Source: an uncultured Oscillospiraceae bacterium (lineage in GTDB: Bacteria > Bacillota > Clostridia > Oscillospirales > Oscillospiraceae). From it: a stretch of 64,000 nucleotides of DNA. The notes beneath the pieces were generated by a model. It saw only the letters and a list, made by a program, of their open reading frames with translations, ran no database searches and was not told where the DNA came from. Of the stretch, positions 1-8,483 are shown piece after piece. Numbering within the stretch: the stretch's first letter is position 1; each line of letters opens with the position of its first letter. The DNA lies in contig CAKTNQ010000001.1 in assembly GCA_934589185.1 (NCBI GenBank), positions 35,433 through 99,432 of the forward strand. Direction: 5' to 3'. A program made the translations under genes and the position numbers.

Positions 1-158
1 TGCACACCGACAAGTCCGGTTTCGCAGAGTTTGTTGTATACGCTCCAGTCAAAGCCGTTCTCGTCCATCCATTTGTCTCGAGGGGCAACCTCTTTCTCTG
101 TGAATTCCTTTACCATATCACGGATCATGGATTGTTCTTCAGTAAATTTGATGAGCAT
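1..158 (-). CDS. acyl-CoA dehydrogenase, N-terminal 52 codons only (gene continues past the left edge)
   Basis: Reverse complement of 1-158 reads MLIKFTEEQSMIRDMVKEFTEKEVAPRDKWMDENGFDWSVYNKLCETGLVGV, a typical ACAD N-terminus. GGAGA SD (plus 166-170) lies 7 nt upstream of the ATG (156-158). Absent from the ORF track because it is truncated. Confidence 0.6.
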   Translation of the reverse strand, partial: MLIKFTEEQSMIRDMVKEFTEKEVAPRDKWMDENGFDWSVYNKLCETGLVGV

Positions 159-315
159 AATTTTTTCTCCAATATAGCAGTTTTACGGCTGTATTCCGGC
201 ACTGCAGTATTTATAAGATAAATCTTTAACAAAAAGATGCCGATACGCCGTATCTCCCAGACCGGATAAGCAGCCTGAGAGATATTGGTGCTTTGTGTGT
301 AATTACTGTGCCAGC

Positions 316-1593
316 TTACACTGCGTAGAATAGCAGAGAAGCCAAGACAGTGAACGGGATAAGAATAATCAGCAGGGGCAGACCCACAACAAGGTAATCT
401 TTCGGGCGGTAGCCGCCGGCGAGAGAGACGGTCATGCAGGGGCTGCCGATGGGGGAGATGACTGCATTGTTGACCATGACCAGTGCGGGGATCACGATCG
501 CAAGCGGGCTTACGCCGATGCCTTGTGCGAGAGAGATGCAGATAGGCGTGAACATTGCGTTAGTAGCGGTGTTAGACATGAACTGGGTCAAGATTCCGCC
601 GATTGCAGCAACGCAGAGAATGATGGTGGTGTAGTTTGCGTTGTCGCCAAGGATCTTGAGGATGCCGTTTGCAACCCACGTGCCGGTACCGGAGGTGTTG
701 ACTGCAGAAGCGACAACGAGGCAGAAGTTCAGATTCCACATGGTGTTCCAATCCACGTTCTTGAGAGAGGGAACCACGGGGACCGTGCCGGTGATCCAGA
801 GAATGATGCAGCCGATGAAGGTAATGACCTGGTTATCGGCAACCTTGAGGATGAAGCACACGATGGAGCCGACCAGAACGCCAATCGCGACAAGCCGCTT
901 CCACAGAGGAGCGGAAGGCGCATCTTTGGGCGCATCGAGCTGACCGGCGGCCAGGGGATCATCGAACTTGCAGGTCTTGACAAGGATATTGTAGCCGATG
1001 GTTGCAAAGTAAAAAGCGGTGATGACGACAAGGACGATCGTCAGAGGAGCTGCAGAGAAAAAGCCCATGGTTTCCACGCCCGCAGCCTCAAGTGCGCCTT
1101 GTGCAGCAAGGTTGGGAGCGCCGCCAATGAGAGAAATGGATTCGCCGACGGTTGCCTCGACGGCAACACCCATCAGTAGGTATTTGGGGTGAAGTTTACC
1201 GCAGGACTTGACGGCTGCGCCGGCAAGAACGGGGATCATAAGAACAACGAGCGCAGTGTTGGAGATGAAGCCGGTGATGATGCCGGAGAATAAGCACGTT
1301 ACGAAAACGGCAAGGCGCTCTTTTTCGACAACTTTTCCTCTGAATATTTTGGCGGCTGCCATGTCAACAAGGCCGGTCGCCTCAAGTGCGTAAACTTCGA
1401 TGGACATACCAATGAGGAAGATGATGGTAGATCCACCAAAGCTGGAGTAGAGTTTTGCTGGCTCAACGATTCCTGTGATCCAGAGTGCCACGCCAGCGAG
1501 CGTCATGGTAACTGCGAGCGGGAACTTGTTGAGTAGCATCAGTGCGAACATTGCCGCGATAATGACGAGTGTTGTGATGATCTGCGGTGTCAT
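316..1593 (-). CDS. DASS/SLC13-type Na+:di/tricarboxylate symporter
   Basis: ORF 316-1659, start moved to ATG 1593 (MTPQIITT...) with AGGAGAA SD at 1602-1608. Polytopic hydrophobic protein with two hairpin-tip SNT motifs (FISNTALVV, FMSNTATNAM), as in DASS transporters. Confidence 0.7.
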   Translation of the reverse strand: MTPQIITTLVIIAAMFALMLLNKFPLAVTMTLAGVALWITGIVEPAKLYSSFGGSTIIFLIGMSIEVYALEATGLVDMAAAKIFRGKVVEKERLAVFVTCLFSGIITGFISNTALVVLMIPVLAGAAVKSCGKLHPKYLLMGVAVEATVGESISLIGGAPNLAAQGALEAAGVETMGFFSAAPLTIVLVVITAFYFATIGYNILVKTCKFDDPLAAGQLDAPKDAPSAPLWKRLVAIGVLVGSIVCFILKVADNQVITFIGCIILWITGTVPVVPSLKNVDWNTMWNLNFCLVVASAVNTSGTGTWVANGILKILGDNANYTTIILCVAAIGGILTQFMSNTATNAMFTPICISLAQGIGVSPLAIVIPALVMVNNAVISPIGSPCMTVSLAGGYRPKDYLVVGLPLLIILIPFTVLASLLFYAV

Positions 1594-1766
1594 GTTAGGA
1601 ATTCTCCTTTTCTTTTTTACCGTGCACAGGTTTCTTGGCACGTATATGGCCGTTTCCATTCTGTCGCCTTTGAAACCGTTGCTGCATGACTCACGCAGAA
1701 TATCCGTGCGTGTTTTGTGCAGCTATGATTATAAGGCTCCGCAAAAAATACTATTATACTATCGTT

Positions 1767-1783
1767 TTGCAAACGTTTTGCAA
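1767..1783. promoter_or_regulatory. LTTR-box-like inverted repeat TTGCA-N7-TGCAA (T-N11-A) in the divergent lysR/transporter intergenic region
   Basis: Sequence ttttgcaaacgttttgcaaaa (1765-1785) contains two tandem TTTGCAAA palindromes. It sits just upstream of TTGACT (1791-1796). Confidence 0.35.
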
Positions 1784-1951
1784 AAAACTCTTGACTATTT
1801 CACCTCTTTCCGTGAATATATAAAAGGATTTATCTTCTGACTGGTTCAGACTGGCGACTGGTATGCCTTAGTTATAGTATTGACAATGCGAGAAGTAAAA
1901 TAATTATTTAACAAAGAACGATAAGCCAGAGCTTATGGATCAGGGGTTACT

Positions 1952-2848
1952 ATGACAATTCAACAGTTGCGACAATTCTGCATCTTGGCAGAATATGAAA
2001 ACATAACACTGGCATCAAAAGCGCTTTTTATCACACAGCCAGCGCTCAGTATGGTGCTGAAAAATGTCGAAAAAGAGTTGGGGTTACCATTGTTTGACCG
2101 GAAGGGCAGAAATATATATCTCAATCATCTCGGAAAAGACTTCTATAATTTTGCCAAGCGGACATTGGCCGATTACGATGCGCTGTTGGAAAAATTCCGT
2201 GCTCCGCATCAGGACAGTGATGCGCTGCATTTCTGCTATTCCTCGGCATATATCCCGGATTATGTCCTGCCTGCTTTCAGCGCGGATAACCCAAATATTC
2301 CGATAACCATAAACGAGGTTGAGGAAAAAATGATACCGCACTTTCTGCAAAACGAGATTTATGACATTGCAATCTCGAGTCTGAAGTGTGACACCGGAAA
2401 TCAAAGGCTGATCAGCGCGAATTTTTTCCGCAACAAACTTATGGTGTCTGTGCCGTTCAACAATCCGCTCGCCTCGCACAAATTACTAAGAATAGAGGAC
2501 CTTTCAGGGCAGAAATTTTTCCGCCTCAGCAAGCATGGCGAGTTTTCGGATGAGCTGGATGCACTGGCAAAAGCCAAGGGAGTGCAAATGAATATTGCTC
2601 AGCGCGTCAACTATGAGATCATCAAAAAGCTGCAGAAAGATTTTGATTTTCTGTACTTTATCACCACATTGCAGGCGCAGTTCGACTACATCCCGATGAA
2701 TCGCAAACTCATACCGATTGAGGAGGAATCGCTTTTTACAAAAAATATGTATGTGTCTTACCTTAAGAATAACGAGGAGAAGGCATTGCAGTTTATCGAC
2801 TGGGCAAAGCAGAAGTTGATAGATTTTGCAGACATTTCATTGACATAA
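1952..2848 (+). CDS. LysR-family transcriptional regulator
   Basis: N-terminal wHTH MTIQQLRQFCILAEYENITLASKALFITQPALSMVLKNVEKELGLPLFDRKGR plus a ~200 aa co-inducer domain. Divergent from the transporter and upstream of gcd genes. AT-rich codon usage. Confidence 0.9.
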   Translation: MTIQQLRQFCILAEYENITLASKALFITQPALSMVLKNVEKELGLPLFDRKGRNIYLNHLGKDFYNFAKRTLADYDALLEKFRAPHQDSDALHFCYSSAYIPDYVLPAFSADNPNIPITINEVEEKMIPHFLQNEIYDIAISSLKCDTGNQRLISANFFRNKLMVSVPFNNPLASHKLLRIEDLSGQKFFRLSKHGEFSDELDALAKAKGVQMNIAQRVNYEIIKKLQKDFDFLYFITTLQAQFDYIPMNRKLIPIEEESLFTKNMYVSYLKNNEEKALQFIDWAKQKLIDFADISLT

Positions 2849-2864
2849 TGAGACAAGAAGAACC

Positions 2865-2904
2865 AACGGCGCCCCGGACAGAGATAAAAGTCCGGGGCGC
2901 CGTT
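2865..2904 (+). terminator. perfect 15-bp stem hairpin after lysR (no U-tract)
   Basis: aacggcgccccggac (2865-2879) pairs with gtccggggcgccgtt (2890-2904). No T-run follows, so terminator efficiency is uncertain. Confidence 0.5.
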
Positions 2905-3156
2905 CATATGTCGTGCATGATTTGTCCATATTCAGTTTATAAACAGTAAAACAAACTGCCAAAGACAGCGTGAGAGGGGACACATAAATTGTCAATTACG
3001 ACTATTTATAAGCATTTACTAATCGACTTTGATAATTTTTTGATTTTACATATAAGTAAAATGCAATGTATCCTGTACATGCAAAAAGCTGACTGGTCGT
3101 ATCGTCGCCGACTGGTATTCGGGCACGATACGGGAAAATCGCAAATCGAAAGCGAG

Positions 3157-3492
3157 ATGAAACAAAGAATGGAAGCAATGTCATTCGGAGAAAGTCTGCT
3201 TATCTCCCTGACCGGGCTTGCTGTTGTGTTCACGGTACTGATTGTGCTTGCGTTGGCGACTATTGCCATTGCAAAGATAATCGGAAAATTGACGGGTGCG
3301 CAGAGTGCTCCTGTGTCTGCACCCGCGGCTGCACCAGCTGCCTCACCGGCAGTCCCCCCCGTTGAGGAAGATCTGAGTGAAGTGGTTGCGGTGCTTCAGG
3401 GTGCACTGAGTATGGAGTCCGGAATACCCGTAGATAAGCTGATGATCACATCCGTAAAGCGCGTTCCGGATACATCGGATAAACAGCAGTGA
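3157..3492 (+). CDS. gcdD: OadG-family small membrane subunit of Na+-translocating decarboxylase (GcdD-like)
   Basis: Single TM helix (LLISLTGLAVVFTVLIVLALATIAIA) followed by an Ala/Pro linker, directly upstream of the biotin carrier and beta subunit. Start is uncertain (ATG at 3157, 3169 or 3178; ORF track starts at 2989). Confidence 0.65.
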   Translation: MKQRMEAMSFGESLLISLTGLAVVFTVLIVLALATIAIAKIIGKLTGAQSAPVSAPAAAPAASPAVPPVEEDLSEVVAVLQGALSMESGIPVDKLMITSVKRVPDTSDKQQ

Positions 3493-3518
3493 TTTAGAGA
3501 AAAGGAAGGACCACTACG

Positions 3519-3926
3519 ATGAAATACACAGCAATTGTTAACGGCAAGACCTATGAAGTCGAGATCGAGCGCGTTTCCACCGGCCGCAGCATCGGTCATG
3601 CGGCGGCGCCTGCTTACGCAGCGGCTCCCGCTTCTGCTCCGGCAGCGGCGCCGACGCCCGTCCCGGCAGCGGCTCCTGCAGCCGCGACAGCACCGGCTCC
3701 TGCGCCCGCAGCAAGCGGTGGCGCGGTTGTCAGCCCCATGCCCGGCAGTATCCTGGATGTGCGCGTAAATGTCGGCGACACCGTTGCAGAGGGTCAGGTC
3801 ATCGTCATGCTTGAGGCAATGAAGATGGAGATCGAGATCAAGGCTGAGACTGCCGGCGTCGTGTCTGCCGTAAACGTCAAAAAGGGTGACATGGTGGAAA
3901 GCGGAAGCGTTCTGGTAACGCTTTGA
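3519..3926 (+). CDS. gcdC: biotin carboxyl carrier subunit of decarboxylase (GcdC-like)
   Basis: C-terminal biotinyl domain with EAMKME motif (MLEAMKMEIEI) preceded by a long Ala/Pro-rich linker. SD aaggaagga lies upstream. Confidence 0.85.
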   Translation: MKYTAIVNGKTYEVEIERVSTGRSIGHAAAPAYAAAPASAPAAAPTPVPAAAPAAATAPAPAPAASGGAVVSPMPGSILDVRVNVGDTVAEGQVIVMLEAMKMEIEIKAETAGVVSAVNVKKGDMVESGSVLVTL

Positions 3927-3941
3927 GAATGAGGTCTGTAA

Positions 3942-5096
3942 ATGGGAATCATTGAAGCTTTCGGCAAGCTGCTTGCTGAATCAGGATTTGCTGCGCTGAC
4001 ATGGCGTGAGGTTGTCATGCTCATCGTTTCCTGTGTTTTGCTCTACCTTGCCATTAAAAAGAAATTTGAGCCGCTTCTGCTGTTGCCCATAGCTTTCGGT
4101 ATGCTTCTGGCAAACCTGCCGGAAGCCGGCCTTATGTACGATGCGACCGTTAACGGCGGTGCATGGTACCAGTCCGGCATCATCAGAATCATGTACAGCG
4201 GTGTAAAGAGCAGCCTTTTCCCCTGCCTGATCTTTATGTGCATCGGCGCAATGACCGATTTCGGTCCGCTGATTGCAAACCCAATCAGCCTGATTCTCGG
4301 TGCGGCAGCGCAGTTTGGCATCTATATTGCGTTTATGATCGCAAATGCTACCGGCCTCTTCACGCCGGAGCAGGCGGCGGCGATTGGCATCATTGGTGGT
4401 GCAGACGGCCCGACCGCGATATATGGCGCCAATAACCTCGCACCGAATCTGGTCGCCCCGATCGCAATCGCAGCATACTCCTACATGGCGCTTATCCCGC
4501 TCATCCAGCCGCCTATCATGAAGCTGCTGACCACGGAGAAGGAGCGCAAGATCAGAATGAAGCAGCTGCGCCCTGTCAGTAAGAAGGAGAAAATCGTATT
4601 CCCGATCTTCGTCTCCATCTTCTGCTCGCTCATTCTGCCGGATGTCGCACCGCTGCTCGGTATGCTGATGCTTGGCAACCTCTTCAAAGAGTCCGGTGTT
4701 GTTGAACGACTGAGCGAGACTGCGCAAAACGCGCTGTGCAATATTGTCACCATCATGATCGGCCTTTCCGTCGGTGCAACCGCCAACGGCGAAGCTTTCA
4801 TCCAGGTGCAGACGCTTGCGATTGTTGTCCTTGGCCTTGTGGCGTTCTCGTTCTCCACGGTTGGCGGCGTGCTGCTGGGCAAGCTGCTGTGCGTAATCAC
4901 GCACGGCAAGATCAATCCGTTGATCGGTTCTGCCGGCGTCTCTGCCGTACCTATGGCGGCGCGTGTTGCGCAGAAGGTCGGCTCCGAGTCCGATCCGCAT
5001 AACTTCCTGCTGATGCACGCAATGGGTCCCAACGTGGCCGGTGTCATCGGTTCCGCTGTTGCGGCCGGCTTCTTCATGTTGACTTTCGGTGGCTGA
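3942..5096 (+). CDS. gcdB: Na+-translocating decarboxylase beta subunit (OadB/GcdB family)
   Basis: 384-aa polytopic protein. Sequence and length are typical of the OadB/MmdB/GcdB family (for example [28 protein letters not shown]). Confidence 0.9.
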   Translation: MGIIEAFGKLLAESGFAALTWREVVMLIVSCVLLYLAIKKKFEPLLLLPIAFGMLLANLPEAGLMYDATVNGGAWYQSGIIRIMYSGVKSSLFPCLIFMCIGAMTDFGPLIANPISLILGAAAQFGIYIAFMIANATGLFTPEQAAAIGIIGGADGPTAIYGANNLAPNLVAPIAIAAYSYMALIPLIQPPIMKLLTTEKERKIRMKQLRPVSKKEKIVFPIFVSIFCSLILPDVAPLLGMLMLGNLFKESGVVERLSETAQNALCNIVTIMIGLSVGATANGEAFIQVQTLAIVVLGLVAFSFSTVGGVLLGKLLCVITHGKINPLIGSAGVSAVPMAARVAQKVGSESDPHNFLLMHAMGPNVAGVIGSAVAAGFFMLTFGG

Positions 5097-5106
5097 TAGT
5101 AAAAAA

Positions 5107-5142
5107 CAGCGAGGAGGAAATGTGCACATTTTTTCCTCGCTG
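5107..5142 (+). promoter_or_regulatory. long intra-operon hairpin between gcdB and the CoA-transferase gene
   Basis: cagcgaggaggaaatgtg / cacattttttcctcgctg form an ~18-bp stem (two G-U pairs) around a TGCA centre. An A-run precedes it and no U-run follows on the plus strand. Confidence 0.5.
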
Positions 5143-5194
5143 AAATGCGATTCAACCGGAAACGGCATTGTTTCAGTTTCAAAGGAGATATATT

Positions 5195-6406
5195 ATGAAT
5201 ATTATGGGTAATGCGCATGACGCATTGGAAGATGTAGTAATCCTTGACCTGACAAGAGTTGTTGCAGGTCCGTTCTGCACATCCATGCTTGGCGATATGG
5301 GCGCGCGTGTCATTAAGATCGAAAATCCAAAGGGCGGTGATGACAGCCGTGCATATGGTCCGTATGTTAACGGCGAGAGCGCATATTTTGCCATGCACAA
5401 CCGCAGCAAGGAAGGCGTAACGCTCAACCTCAAGGCCCCCGAAGGAAAAGCGCTGTTCCTTGAGATGGTCAAGAAGGCGGATGTAGTGGTTGAAAACTAT
5501 CGTCCCGGTGTTATGGACAGGCTTGGCATTGGTTACGACGTGCTCAAAGAGGTCAACGATCAGATTATTTATGCCGCAGTTTCCGGCTACGGCTGTTACG
5601 GCCGTTATTCTCAGCGTCCGGGCTATGACATTCTTGGTCAGGCGATGGGCGGACTTATGAGTGTGACTGGCACCAAGGAGAGCGGCCCTGTCAAGGCAGG
5701 CAACGCCATGGGTGACATGCTCGGCGGCTTGAATCTTACGATCGGTATCCTCGCGGCGCTCCATGCCCGTACCATTATCGGTCACGGTCAGAGAGTGGAT
5801 GTGTCTCTTGTTGACGCAGTTGTTGTTAGTCTTGAAAATGTGTTTACAAGATATTGGTATTCCGGCGCTGTGCCTGAACGGGAGGGGAACGCCAATCCCG
5901 CTACTGCACCATACAACGCATATCAGGCAAAAGACGGGCTCGTTATCATTGCATGTGGCAACCAGCACCTCTTTGAAAAATTCGCAAATGATGTTGCGAA
6001 GAAGCCGGAGTGGATCAGTGATATGCGCTACATTGATAATGTGACGAGAGTTGCGCACTTTGAGGAACTCAAGACGGATATTGAAGCATGGGGAAAGGAT
6101 TACACTGTCAGCGAGATTGTTGACTGCTGCCTTGCCAATGGCGTGCCCTCCGGTCCGGTCTATGATGTGAGTCAAATCGTCAAGGATGAGCATATTGTCA
6201 AGGACCGCAATATGTTCCCGATTGTCCACCATCCTGTCATCGGTGATATGCACGTCAACGGTGATGCGGTAAAGCTAATGGAGACGAAACCCCGCATCAC
6301 AAAGCCGGCCCCCACACTTGGCGAGGACAATGTTTCCGTATATGGTGAGTTTGCCGGACTGAGCGAGGAGATTGTCAAAGAATATAAGGAAAAGGGTATC
6401 GTCTGA
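5195..6406 (+). CDS. family III (CaiB/BaiF) CoA-transferase
   Basis: ORF 5168-6406, start moved to ATG 5195 (AAAGGAG SD at 5181-5187). Hallmarks: VILDLTRVVAGPFCTSMLGDMGARVIKIE, ENYRPGVMDRLGIGY, and a conserved Asp region NAMGDMLGG. Confidence 0.85.
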   Translation: MNIMGNAHDALEDVVILDLTRVVAGPFCTSMLGDMGARVIKIENPKGGDDSRAYGPYVNGESAYFAMHNRSKEGVTLNLKAPEGKALFLEMVKKADVVVENYRPGVMDRLGIGYDVLKEVNDQIIYAAVSGYGCYGRYSQRPGYDILGQAMGGLMSVTGTKESGPVKAGNAMGDMLGGLNLTIGILAALHARTIIGHGQRVDVSLVDAVVVSLENVFTRYWYSGAVPEREGNANPATAPYNAYQAKDGLVIIACGNQHLFEKFANDVAKKPEWISDMRYIDNVTRVAHFEELKTDIEAWGKDYTVSEIVDCCLANGVPSGPVYDVSQIVKDEHIVKDRNMFPIVHHPVIGDMHVNGDAVKLMETKPRITKPAPTLGEDNVSVYGEFAGLSEEIVKEYKEKGIV

Positions 6407-6446
6407 TAATCATACACGGTTTATACGAAACAGATTGGAGAATGTT

Positions 6447-8210
6447 ATGAACACATACGGATATTCCATGCCTAGATATTTTCAGGATATGCCCACAATT
6501 GGAAAACCGCTTGCCGGCGAGAACGAAGAAAACCGCGACGAGATTCTCAAGGTTGAAGATGAGATCAAGCAGCTTATAGCGGACGCACTGGCTGCCGGAC
6601 GCAGCGATGAATCGCTCAACGAAAAGGGGCAGCTTACCGCGATGCAGCGTATTGAGGCGCTGGTTGACGATGGTACGTGGTGCCCGCTCAACAGTCTTTA
6701 TAACCCCAACGACAACGAAAGCGGCTCAACCAGCGTAGTGAAAGGAATTGGCCGCGTTGCGGGTAAGTGGGCTGTTGTCGTGGCATCCGACAACAAGAAA
6801 CGAGCCGGCGCATGGGTTCCCGGTCAGGCGGAAAACCTGCTCAAGGCTGCGGATACTGCAAAAATACTGCGCATCCCCCTTATTTATCTGCTCAACTGCT
6901 CCGGCGTTGAGCTTGACCAACAGGAGCTCCTGTTCCCCGGCCGTCGTGGCGGAGGCGCGTCTTTCTATCGCAATGCGGAGCTCGCGCAGCTTGGTATTCC
7001 GGTGCTTGTCGGCATTTTCGGCACGAATCCCGCCGGCGGCGGCTATCACTCCATCAGTCCGGCTGTTCTTGTCGCACAGAAAGACGCCAATATGGCGGTC
7101 GGTGGCGCCGGTATCCTCTCCGGTATGAATCCCAAGGGCTATGTCGACGAGGAGAGTGCGCTGGCACTCATTCATGCTCAGTCAGGCGCCAAAACGCCAG
7201 CGCCCGGCGGTGTAAAGACACACCATGATGTTACCGGCTTTTTCAGAGAGGTCTGCGAGGATGATGTCTCCGTTGCTGATACACTGCGCAAATACATGAG
7301 CTACATTCCGGGTTTTGATCTTGAGTTTTTCCGGGTCGCGCCTCCGATGGAGCCCGCTTTTCCGGCGGATGATCTGTACAGTATCATTCCCATGAATCCT
7401 AAGCGCACCTATGATATTTATCAGGTCATCTCCCGCCTTACCGACGCGAGCCAGTTTGATGAATACAAGCCTGACTATGGCCCGGAAGTGGTCTGTGGCA
7501 TCGCGCGCTTGGATGGTTTGCTTGTAGGTATCGTCGCCAATAAGCAGGGGTTCTTTATGAACTATCCTGAGTATCGCGGTGCGAATGCAGTTGGTGTTGG
7601 CGGCAAGCTCTATCGTCAGGGCCTCATCAAGATGAGTGAGTTTGTGATGCTCTGCGAGAGAGACCGGATTCCGATGATCTGGCTTCAGGACAGCAGCGGC
7701 ATTGATGTGGACGATATTGCAGAGCAGGCAGAGCTTCTCGGTCTCGGCCAGTCGCTGATCTACTCTATTCAGAACGGTGAAACGCCGTTTCTTGAGATTA
7801 CGCTGCGCAAGGGCAGCGCAGCGGCGCATTATGTTCTCGGCGGCCCGCAGTGCGAAAAAAACAATCCGTTCAGTCTCGCTACGTCCACCTGCGAATACTA
7901 TGTCATGCATGGTGAGACGGCAGCTGCGGCGATGTATGTCCGTCAGCTCGTCAAGGCGAACAAGGCTGGCCAGCCGCTGGATGACATCATTGAGAACATG
8001 AACGAGCTCATCAACGCTTATTATAGCAAGTCCCGCCCGAAGTTTGCGGCGAAACTAGGCATGGTCGATGAGATCGTACCGATGGATGATTTGCGCAACT
8101 ACATGATGGCGTTTACGCAAGCGGCGTACCAGAATCCCACTACGATTTGTCCGCCGCACCAGATGCTTGCTCCCAGATGCATTCGCGAGTATAACAAGAC
8201 AAAAAAATAA
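6447..8210 (+). CDS. gcdA: glutaconyl-CoA decarboxylase carboxyltransferase (alpha) subunit
   Basis: ORF 6372-8210, start moved to ATG 6447 (GGAG at 6437-6440). The 587-aa product begins MNTYGYSMPRYFQDMPTIGKPL. It carries VVASDNKKRAGAWVPGQAE and GTNPAGGGYHSISP blocks, which match my recollection of Acidaminococcus GcdA. It is longer than MmdA-type alpha subunits. Confidence 0.85.
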   Translation: MNTYGYSMPRYFQDMPTIGKPLAGENEENRDEILKVEDEIKQLIADALAAGRSDESLNEKGQLTAMQRIEALVDDGTWCPLNSLYNPNDNESGSTSVVKGIGRVAGKWAVVVASDNKKRAGAWVPGQAENLLKAADTAKILRIPLIYLLNCSGVELDQQELLFPGRRGGGASFYRNAELAQLGIPVLVGIFGTNPAGGGYHSISPAVLVAQKDANMAVGGAGILSGMNPKGYVDEESALALIHAQSGAKTPAPGGVKTHHDVTGFFREVCEDDVSVADTLRKYMSYIPGFDLEFFRVAPPMEPAFPADDLYSIIPMNPKRTYDIYQVISRLTDASQFDEYKPDYGPEVVCGIARLDGLLVGIVANKQGFFMNYPEYRGANAVGVGGKLYRQGLIKMSEFVMLCERDRIPMIWLQDSSGIDVDDIAEQAELLGLGQSLIYSIQNGETPFLEITLRKGSAAAHYVLGGPQCEKNNPFSLATSTCEYYVMHGETAAAAMYVRQLVKANKAGQPLDDIIENMNELINAYYSKSRPKFAAKLGMVDEIVPMDDLRNYMMAFTQAAYQNPTTICPPHQMLAPRCIREYNKTKK

Positions 8211-8413
8211 ATTTACATGTACACGCAATCAGGCGTGTCGTTTAGGTACTATCAAAAGGGCTGCAGCGTTTTTAATTTCGCTGCAGCTCAGTTATACTTT
8301 CGCGCGCAGTCTCTTGTGCAGCAGGCCGTGGCAGCGGGGGCTCTGGAAACGGTGATCAAGGAGAAAGGCGGGGCAGATAGCTTGCGAAGTCAAGCGGGAT
8401 TCGTAAACAACAG

Positions 8414-8442
8414 TTGCGGCGCGCGCGCTTTTGCGGTATAAT
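8414..8442 (+). promoter_or_regulatory. sigma70-type promoter for the NSS transporter
   Basis: TTGCGG (8414-8419), 17-nt spacer, TATAAT (8437-8442). It lies ~40 nt before ATG 8484. Confidence 0.45.
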
Positions 8443-8483
8443 CAAACCAATTTGTGCCTGAGTGCGTGAAAGGAAACAACATT

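Noticed and set aside
3590-3725. Repetitive GCN/CCN codon run (Ala/Pro) in gcdC, and a similar one in gcdD (3300-3360).
   Set aside because: This is the normal flexible Ala/Pro linker of biotin carrier and OadG-type subunits. It is not a DNA tandem repeat with a fixed unit.
8217-8441. 74-aa ORF in the gcdA/NSS intergenic region at the GC-content boundary.
   Set aside because: It has no SD and no recognisable motif, and it overlaps the predicted NSS promoter. It is more likely non-coding junction sequence. It could be a gene remnant, but I cannot support that.
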